The notes under the pieces were generated by a model. That model searched no databases. It worked only from the letters and a program-made list of their open reading frames with translations, and had not been told where the DNA came from. A program made the translations under genes and the position numbers. This document shows, piece after piece, positions 56,212 through 64,000 of a DNA stretch of 64,000 nt. The stretch's first letter is position 1, and every line of letters starts with the position of its first letter. This stretch comes from a virus (lineage: Duplodnaviria > Caudoviricetes). The stretch covers positions 64,001-128,000 of IMG/VR virus record IMGVR_UViG_3300028833_000057. One strand, 5' to 3'.

Positions 56212-57810
56212 TTATCTTTTAAGTGCACCAAAGATAGCCTTAACGACATCATCGCTATTCTTATTTTTATTGTCCTTTAGAGATGTTTTATTATACATAA
56301 TAGAATCATCATTAAAGAAAGAATAGAATGCATCATTAGCAGCATCGACAATAAGTATGCCGAATAATCCGAGCTTATTACAAAGCTCACGAGCATCTTT
56401 TGTATTCTTTATAAGATCCTTACTGCAACTATTTCTTATCTGATCAACTTCATCTAAAGTCATCATAATAGAAACAGTAGGTAACAAAGATCCGTTAGCT
56501 GTAAATGCATCATATGCAATGGAATTCTTAGTCATGAATCTCATTGAAGCAAATACGCCACTAAGACCATTTTTAGTATTTCTACCATTTTTAGCGGCAA
56601 CCGTCTGCTTAATTTCTTTGAGATTTAAGAGGACATCTTTAAAGAAAGAAAGTTCACCAGAACGCCATCTAATTAAGCGTGAAACAAGGCTAGTAGAAGA
56701 GTATGTATCTTTGATAGCCTTCACTAATTCATCGCTAGCTACTTCATGAGCATTAACTTTTACACCAAATGCAAGATTACGTTCAAGTGTGTCTGTCGGT
56801 GTTTGAAGTAAAACTGTAGCATTTACTATTGTTGGAGAAAGCTTACTAACTTTTTCTTCAATCTTCGCTTCTTTAGTACCATCTAAGCGAGCTTTCCAAG
56901 GCAAAACTTTACGACCGCCACTTGTTCCTCTTGGAGCAGCATATAATGGATTCTTTTTAGGTGGCTTTCCCGTAGAAGAAGGTTTAGTAGATTTAGGAGA
57001 ACTTGGAGGAACTGCACCTGCACCCGTAGCAGTACCTGAAGGAGTGCCTGTTGCAGCCGCACCAGTGGCACCACCAGGGAAAGGCTTAAATCCAGGCTTT
57101 GGATTCTTTTTATTCTTTTTACTTTCAGCAGCAAACTCATCGTTTACTTCATCATCGTCATCATATTCATCATCTTCAGAGGAATTACCAGTAGCTACGC
57201 CCATAGGAACAGATACTGGAGCCACTGCTCCCATAGCAAATTCTTCTTCAACGCTGAGACATGGATTAAAAAGAGTAGACATTTCAAATGAAGATGTAAT
57301 ATTCATATCTTCAAGGTACATAGCTTCATTTGCTATTTGTTTTAAAGTAATAGCATCAATGCCAGAAACACAATTCTTCTGGTAATCAGATTTAAATTTG
57401 CCAATATTACTTACTAAATAATCTAAATTGCTACCATTGTTATCTAAAGAATTCCTACCAGCATTAGTATATGATTCTATGAACTTACGCTTGGATTCAG
57501 GATCTCTCAAATCTAAAAGATTATTACCATTCTGAATGCAAAGCAAAATCATGTCAGCAATTGTTCTTTCGACAATTTCACAAGTTTTTAAAGCCTGTTC
57601 ATCACCGATAGCATTACTAATAATAATAGGGAACTGTCCTATATTTTTCTTTGCTTGTTTTGCCAGATTAGCATCTAGACCCACTTTGTGTCCAGAGATC
57701 ATTCCAGCAATATCCGTCAATGTCTTTTTACGCTGAGCATCACCAGCATCGCCATCAGAGACTATACCCTTTAAAGCTTGGCTAACGACTCCAAAGATTT
57801 CACTAATCAT
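56212..57810 (-). CDS. putative virion/head protein with acidic and Pro/Gly/Lys linker
   Basis: Likely start MISEIF after late promoter AACT-TTGAAT-TG at 57835-57846. Confidence 0.6.
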   Translation of the reverse strand: MISEIFGVVSQALKGIVSDGDAGDAQRKKTLTDIAGMISGHKVGLDANLAKQAKKNIGQFPIIISNAIGDEQALKTCEIVERTIADMILLCIQNGNNLLDLRDPESKRKFIESYTNAGRNSLDNNGSNLDYLVSNIGKFKSDYQKNCVSGIDAITLKQIANEAMYLEDMNITSSFEMSTLFNPCLSVEEEFAMGAVAPVSVPMGVATGNSSEDDEYDDDDEVNDEFAAESKKNKKNPKPGFKPFPGGATGAAATGTPSGTATGAGAVPPSSPKSTKPSSTGKPPKKNPLYAAPRGTSGGRKVLPWKARLDGTKEAKIEEKVSKLSPTIVNATVLLQTPTDTLERNLAFGVKVNAHEVASDELVKAIKDTYSSTSLVSRLIRWRSGELSFFKDVLLNLKEIKQTVAAKNGRNTKNGLSGVFASMRFMTKNSIAYDAFTANGSLLPTVSIMMTLDEVDQIRNSCSKDLIKNTKDARELCNKLGLFGILIVDAANDAFYSFFNDDSIMYNKTSLKDNKNKNSDDVVKAIFGALKR

Positions 57811-58346
57811 AATTATATCCTTAAGAATAAATTTCAATTCAAAGTTTTTAAGGTATTAATGAATAAAAAAAGAAAGTGGCTTGGCTGGCCACTTTAAGAT
57901 ATCCTAACCCAATAGGATCTTTTGCTATGTACATTATTTGTATAAGCAAGTAAAATTCTTATAGCCATCTGGTTCTTACGCCACCAGCGACGCCCATTCC
58001 CCATCAATAATAAAACTCTATTCTCTTATAATGCCTAAAATATTTTATTATTTTAATTACCAAATATATAATAGAAAATTATAATACTATGCAGAAATAG
58101 CTTTCCTAAAGATTTCAAGATGTATTTTTCATATTGGTTCCTCTTATCCTTGTTAGTTGATAAGTTAGTACATAGCCATTACAACAATAAACATTGTAAG
58201 CCTAGCTAATCTTACATCTACCAAATATGCATCATCAAGGCATCATATCTGGCGAATCCCGTAGGGAGTTCTTTTCTTAATATAAGCATAAAGTTATAAT
58301 GTTTTTTATAGAAAACACACAATTGAAAAAATATATAGGTATTAAT

Positions 58347-60974
58347 ATGGCTAGTGAATATAATTTAGAAGGTACACTTGTAGGCAGAGCTAAAGAAGAT
58401 GGCTCTGAAGCCCTTAAAGATATTGGAAAGGGCATTGTAACCAGAGTAGGTATCGTAGATGATACTGAGCTAAATAATGCCAAAAGCAAATATGCAAAAT
58501 ATAGTGATTTAGATACTAGATCTGAATGGGATTCTACTGTTGTACCATCATACTATAAAAGAATACAATACTGGGAATCTTTTATAAAGAATGAACAGGC
58601 TAAGAATAAAATCAGAATTGAGACTATACAATTAGCCAACAAAATTCTTGTTACCAGTACTAAAGATAATAAAGCAAAGCTAGGTGCTACTCTTAGTGCT
58701 ATAGAGAATTCTGTTAAAAAAGCCTTACCTGCCAATATTAATAAAAAGGGTATATGTGATAAACTATTTGAGGATATGACAAATCTTGTCGTAAAAGAGA
58801 CAAGAAGTGGTCTTAATGCTGTAGCAGCGGCTGCAGCAGCAGCTGAAAATAGTGTAATATCAATGGTTGGAACCTATGTTGATGGTAAATTACAGCCTAT
58901 TACTGGTGGTATTCGTGATTTCTATAATTCTGCAAGAAATTTTGTAATGGATGCTATCGAAGCAGGACTCGAAGGCATCTTGAATGGTACTCGTAGCGTA
59001 CTAGGACTTGATTATGCCACATTTAATACCAAACTTAGTGCCGATGCTCAAAAAGCAATAGACAAAGTAGACCTTCTAGAAGGTTATCCTATTATGGAGA
59101 ATCCTACGCCTACAAAAACACCAGGTAAAGGCGTTAATGCTTCATCATATATAGTTGAACCACTTGAAAGCCGAAAGTTGACTCCTGAAAATATAGATGA
59201 AATAAAGAATAGCCTTCAAGAAGAAGCCAAAGCTACTATTAAACGTCTTTATGATGTGATTGGAACAAGTATGTTCCAAGCGGATGCCAATCCAGATACT
59301 AGAGATTATATCGTAATGAGTTTAATGGAAGCCGCAAAAGAACGTATTCATGTTTTTAAGTATGTGACAGATCTTTTAGGATATAATGACAGTACTCAGA
59401 AATTGATGTCTTTTGCTAATGAAAATCTCAGACCATCAAATCTTATAAAATCTTTACTTTATGATAATCCGTGGGGTGAACAAAATACTACTGCACAGGA
59501 AGCTATCGGGTCTGTTAGAGCCTTAATGGGATTTACTAATAGCAATGAAGAAAAAGAATTTAATAAGAAAGCCATGGAAGAAGCTAAACAAGCATATATA
59601 GACTTCTGTAAAGATATGGGCAAACTTAGCCCAAGTATTAAAAAAGAAGTATCTGAATATGTAAAGCTTATCAAAGCTATAACTGGTATGTTTTCTATTG
59701 ATGATTCAGCTAGCGAATCAAATACATATTCTCCTGAACCATTATGGGGAGACATGCGAGATGCCGCTAAAGATGGTCGTAATGATGTATATGGTCTTGG
59801 ATCTTTAGTAAAATCCTTTAGAGTAAATAAATACATACCTAGCGGTGAGATTGATTATTTCCAAAGCGGATTTTCACACATATTCTTTATAAAGCCGGAT
59901 TTAAACCTTACCCAGAATGCAGTTGCGTCTATGGATATGACGGGTAATCCTATGCTTGGGGATATTATTACCAATCTCAATTATAATAATAATGACTTGA
60001 GACCGTTCTGGAATGATTTCCCAGAACCAAGCGCAGATTACTCAAGATCTAATAGTTATGTATCTTATTTGCTATCTAATATGCTAGAGAATATACCAGT
60101 TACAGATCTTACGCTTGATACAAAAGATGCATATGAAAACCTTAAAGGTTTTAGAATGCCATATGGCCTAACCCATTTTAAGAATACATGGGGTGGTGAA
60201 ATATCTTTAGCATTTAAAGATACAAAAACATTACTAATAAACAATATCTTACAAGCATGGGTAAAATATATTAGCGTAATGAAAGAAGGCATAGCAGAAT
60301 GTACACCAAAGTATAAGAACTATGGTTATCTTGATTATGCTGGAGCCATTTATGGCTTTATTACTGAGCCAGATGGTCAGACTATAACTCACTGGTTTAG
60401 ATATACAGGAGTGTTCCCTACTAATGTACCTTTTAGTACGATATCTACCAATAGAGGTAGCCAAGATATTCCTGAATTTAATGTAAATTTCAAATATGTA
60501 ATCTATGAAAGTAATGATGTAAATATATTACGTGATTTTAATTATGTAATGAACAATACTGGAAATAATACCGGTTCTTCAATATCAAGGAATATGGAAG
60601 CATTTGCATATCTTGGGGCAATACCTAGACTAAAAGCATATGTACCTTTAAGTGATATTACCTTAAAAACTGGAATGTTCCCTAATGAAAACCATGCATT
60701 TGTAGGTATGCTTCTTAAAGAAGATGTTGGTGCTGATGATTCTGAAGTTAAAGCATCATCTCCAACAACAATGCGTAGCAATCAATACAGATTTCTTCTT
60801 AGATATGATTCTACTAAATACTTCCAAGGTGCATTAATTGGTGATCTTCCTTCTAACAGCGATGTTAGAAATGCATCAGTCTCAATGTCTCTTGAACAAC
60901 AAAAAGCTGCGGCTACAAAACAATGGAACTTTGATTCTAGTGTAGGTACTTCCGGTCCAATGGTATTTCGTTAA
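58347..60974 (+). CDS. virion protein with C-terminal tail-tube / tube-initiator-like domain
   Basis: 'FRYTGVFPTNVP...FNVNFKY' tube-like ending; start MASEY after late promoter AACA-CACAAT-TG at 58314-58325. Confidence 0.55.
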   Translation: MASEYNLEGTLVGRAKEDGSEALKDIGKGIVTRVGIVDDTELNNAKSKYAKYSDLDTRSEWDSTVVPSYYKRIQYWESFIKNEQAKNKIRIETIQLANKILVTSTKDNKAKLGATLSAIENSVKKALPANINKKGICDKLFEDMTNLVVKETRSGLNAVAAAAAAAENSVISMVGTYVDGKLQPITGGIRDFYNSARNFVMDAIEAGLEGILNGTRSVLGLDYATFNTKLSADAQKAIDKVDLLEGYPIMENPTPTKTPGKGVNASSYIVEPLESRKLTPENIDEIKNSLQEEAKATIKRLYDVIGTSMFQADANPDTRDYIVMSLMEAAKERIHVFKYVTDLLGYNDSTQKLMSFANENLRPSNLIKSLLYDNPWGEQNTTAQEAIGSVRALMGFTNSNEEKEFNKKAMEEAKQAYIDFCKDMGKLSPSIKKEVSEYVKLIKAITGMFSIDDSASESNTYSPEPLWGDMRDAAKDGRNDVYGLGSLVKSFRVNKYIPSGEIDYFQSGFSHIFFIKPDLNLTQNAVASMDMTGNPMLGDIITNLNYNNNDLRPFWNDFPEPSADYSRSNSYVSYLLSNMLENIPVTDLTLDTKDAYENLKGFRMPYGLTHFKNTWGGEISLAFKDTKTLLINNILQAWVKYISVMKEGIAECTPKYKNYGYLDYAGAIYGFITEPDGQTITHWFRYTGVFPTNVPFSTISTNRGSQDIPEFNVNFKYVIYESNDVNILRDFNYVMNNTGNNTGSSISRNMEAFAYLGAIPRLKAYVPLSDITLKTGMFPNENHAFVGMLLKEDVGADDSEVKASSPTTMRSNQYRFLLRYDSTKYFQGALIGDLPSNSDVRNASVSMSLEQQKAAATKQWNFDSSVGTSGPMVFR

Positions 60975-60994
60975 TAATCTTCAATGGTAATTTT

Positions 60995-63739
60995 ATGGCT
61001 CAAAATATAAATGATACAACAATAAATACATTAACTACGGATCAATATGGCTTTTTAGATGCATTTAATGCATTATCTAGTAAGTATTTTGATATTACTC
61101 CAGATAATAACAAATTAGGTTTATTTGGTTATATCAATGAAATTACTGCTCATGTAGCAAAAAGTCATATGTTCCATAGGAATATGCTTTATGGAGAGAT
61201 AGCTCTTAATACGGCTATGCTTCCTTCTACTATATACAATATAGCTATAGATGAGAATGTAGATTTCCCAAAAGCTACTCCAGCTATAGCTACAGTTATT
61301 GTAGATATAAAATTATCAGATCTTGAAAAGAAGTTAGATGAGACTGATGGTGATTATATTACTTTAGACAGAAATGATTTTCTTGTAAAATTCGAAAATG
61401 ATGAATTTAGACCTCCTTATTCTATAGTATTAAAAAGAGATAATCTTTCTATTAATGCCTTTTATGCCAGCGTAGCATTTATGGATAAACATGGGAATAC
61501 TATTCCTAAGGAATATGATATTAGTGATATATTCTCAAAGTATATAAATAATCCATTTATGCCTATCAAGGTATATTATGATGAAGAAGAATCTGAAAAA
61601 TATATCTCTATCCGAATGGATGTTTATAATTACTACATAGAAGAAAATGAAGACGTAATTTATGCATCTAAACTAGATGGAAGCTTACTATTCCCTATAA
61701 GACATGATAATTCTTTATTTGAATTCTTTGTAATGTATAAGGAGAATGAAGAATCTGAATTTGAGATTATTCCAAAATTCTCTAGTAAATATGCTGTTGA
61801 TGATGAAGATAAATATTGTTTCTATAAAATTGTAGATGACAATAACTATGAAACATACTTTAGCCCAAATAGTAGAAGTTTTAGATTGTCTATTAACTCT
61901 ACTGTAAAGAATATTACATATACAACCAAGGGTAGTGAATGTAATTATAACTTTACCGGTGTACCTCAGGCTAGTGATGATAAATTAGGGTTTGAATTTA
62001 AATCAGCTGTATATTCTAGTCCTATGGGTGGTAAAGATAAACCTACTTTATTGGAATACAAAAAGCAAATATTCAATAATAGACGAAATGTAGCTTATAA
62101 AGCTACTGAAGATGATCTAAATAGTTATCTTGCTGAAGTATCTAATACTGCATTTGGTGATGGTAGTAGAGTCCTATTTTTGAAAGCAGAAGATGATATT
62201 ATAACGAGAATGTTCCTCGCTTATAATATGATAATGGATCAGAATAAAAATCCATTCCCGACTAATACTGCCGATCTTGAGATAGGTAGAGCTTGTTTCA
62301 TTGATAGTACAATGCCTATTGTTTATGATGAAACTACAGATACATATAAACTTTATACATTAATTATTGGTGATACTGATTCATCTATTAGTGGTCTTCC
62401 AGAATTAATTCAGACATATTTAAAAGATGAATACAAATTTATTTATTTTACTCCGTTCTCTATCAATATAACAGTAGATCCTGGAGATGTTGCTATTGAA
62501 TTCTATAATGAAAATATAGATGAAACGTATTCTGTATCTTATATAAAACTTGCTAGTGGAAGTACTGATGTTCCAGTAATCAATACAGTTGCATCTTATA
62601 GAAATAGTGCATTGAATAATGTTATTGAAACACGTATGAACATAATTTCTGATGAGCCTACCGATTATAAATTCCTGATCTGTTATGCTCGTAAAGATGC
62701 AGATACTATTGATTGCTTTGCCGAAATGCAGTATAATTTTGAAGATAATGTCTTCTTTAATAATATTGTAATAGCACCAACCAATGTCGATGCCAATAGA
62801 TTTAAGCATAGGAAGATACATGTTATAGATGGCTTAGAGTTTACGTCTAGTGCACCGGAAGAAGATTATCTATCTGATAATTATAGATGTATAATTTATA
62901 CATTAGAGAAGATTGATGATCCAAATATGATACATGATAATAAAGATTCATTTGACTATATGGCTAGTCAGCTATTTAGTAATGATGATATTCGTGAAAG
63001 GTATAATGAATACAGAATTAAAGCTAGTGCATCATGTGACGAAGACTTTATTTTCTTTAAATCACTAAATGCTGCATTAGGTTCAGAATTATCATTTATT
63101 GAATCTGGTATAAAGTTAGATAGTATACCTCTTGTCGGAGCTAATCTTCTTTATAATGAAGAAAGATATGATTACTTTATGTCTCATTTATTTAAGTATA
63201 TAGATATAATTAGCGATCTAGGTAAAGATCTCGCCAATTCTTCGAAGATTAGCTTTAAGTTCTATAATACTTATGGGCCATCTAAGCAATTTAAGCTTTA
63301 CTTAAAATCTTCAATAACTGCTGAAGCTAAACCAGTACCTATAAAGAAGACCAATCTTGGTATGGTTCTTGAGATAGATCGTGAAGATGGCTTTGATATA
63401 GATGTCGATCATAAGATTAAAGATATATGCAGAGAATTTATTAATGAAATAAACACGTCTATAACGGATAAGACTGCTTTGAATTCTTCTATCTCATTTA
63501 GTAATCTTACAACAAGGATTGAAAAAGAAATACCTTCTATAAATTCTTGTAATTTGATCTCTATTAATGGTAATGAATTCCCAAGAAAAGTCTTTAGAAC
63601 TAATGACGATTATACATCTGGAAAATTCTCCTATACTACATGGATTACTCCAGAAATCATAGCTCTTGACTTACGTCGTAAGCCATCAGATATGTCTAGT
63701 ATTGAAGAACTTAATGTTGAAACGATTTATATATCCTAA
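60995..63739 (+). CDS. baseplate wedge protein (gp6/baseplate J-like)
   Basis: 'EIALNTAMLPSTIYNIA...ATPA', 'YTTKGSECN', 'GGKDKPTLLEYK', 'ATEDDL'. Confidence 0.65.
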   Translation: MAQNINDTTINTLTTDQYGFLDAFNALSSKYFDITPDNNKLGLFGYINEITAHVAKSHMFHRNMLYGEIALNTAMLPSTIYNIAIDENVDFPKATPAIATVIVDIKLSDLEKKLDETDGDYITLDRNDFLVKFENDEFRPPYSIVLKRDNLSINAFYASVAFMDKHGNTIPKEYDISDIFSKYINNPFMPIKVYYDEEESEKYISIRMDVYNYYIEENEDVIYASKLDGSLLFPIRHDNSLFEFFVMYKENEESEFEIIPKFSSKYAVDDEDKYCFYKIVDDNNYETYFSPNSRSFRLSINSTVKNITYTTKGSECNYNFTGVPQASDDKLGFEFKSAVYSSPMGGKDKPTLLEYKKQIFNNRRNVAYKATEDDLNSYLAEVSNTAFGDGSRVLFLKAEDDIITRMFLAYNMIMDQNKNPFPTNTADLEIGRACFIDSTMPIVYDETTDTYKLYTLIIGDTDSSISGLPELIQTYLKDEYKFIYFTPFSINITVDPGDVAIEFYNENIDETYSVSYIKLASGSTDVPVINTVASYRNSALNNVIETRMNIISDEPTDYKFLICYARKDADTIDCFAEMQYNFEDNVFFNNIVIAPTNVDANRFKHRKIHVIDGLEFTSSAPEEDYLSDNYRCIIYTLEKIDDPNMIHDNKDSFDYMASQLFSNDDIRERYNEYRIKASASCDEDFIFFKSLNAALGSELSFIESGIKLDSIPLVGANLLYNEERYDYFMSHLFKYIDIISDLGKDLANSSKISFKFYNTYGPSKQFKLYLKSSITAEAKPVPIKKTNLGMVLEIDREDGFDIDVDHKIKDICREFINEINTSITDKTALNSSISFSNLTTRIEKEIPSINSCNLISINGNEFPRKVFRTNDDYTSGKFSYTTWITPEIIALDLRRKPSDMSSIEELNVETIYIS

Positions 63740-63779
63740 TGCAACATTCCATTGTATAACATGATAAAGGATTTTCATT

Positions 63780-64000
63780 ATGGCTGACTACATTACCGGA
63801 AAAACTCGTAAGCAACTGAAAAACTTAGAAGCTAATCAGGAAGCTTATAACCGAGTTCTTAAAAACCGTGAAGAAGAAATTAATCTTAAGCAGTGGAAAC
63901 CAAAGACTGATACAGAATCTCTCATTGGTACTAAGCCTGGATTTAAGAATCTTCAAAAGATTAAAAATGCTAATGCACTAAATACTCGTATTGGTGAACT
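63780..64000 (+). CDS. partial late CDS running off the window end
   Basis: ATG at 63780 with AAGGA RBS, late promoter AACA-TTCCAT-TG at 63743-63754, open to the end. Confidence 0.7.
   Translation, partial: MADYITGKTRKQLKNLEANQEAYNRVLKNREEEINLKQWKPKTDTESLIGTKPGFKNLQKIKNANALNTRIGE

Noticed and set aside
1-64000. tRNA, tmRNA or rRNA genes
   Set aside because: No cloverleaf/T-loop signatures recognised in the intergenic gaps by eye; tRNAscan-SE or ARAGORN would be needed to exclude them formally.

Overview
AT-rich (roughly 30% GC by eye), densely coding segment of a jumbo myophage, standard genetic code. It most resembles the AR9/PBS1 branch of phages that carry two RNA polymerases. Support: a GroEL-like chaperonin, unknown, putative sigma-like nvRNAP subunit, primase block; a prohead protease, neck, baseplate and tube-like genes; TATATTAA early promoters; and AAC(A/T)-N6-T(A/G) late promoters. 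The standout is an apparently complete, early-expressed, phage-encoded ubiquitin-like conjugation operon at 7551-12057 (minus strand). It contains an E2/UBC-like enzyme, a ThiF/E1, an HTH-fused beta-grasp Ubl ending in Ala instead of GG, a JAB/JAMM peptidase and 2-3 unknown partners. The region from about 18.4 to 42 kb is an accessory array of small early genes built from repeated promoter/terminator cassettes, including five paralogous tandem-HTH 'PEWY' repeat proteins. There are 3-5 candidate structured ncRNAs and a predicted -1 programmed frameshift in a tail/baseplate assembly chaperone. No tRNA, rRNA or CRISPR array was seen. All calls come from reading motifs by eye; no database searches were run.
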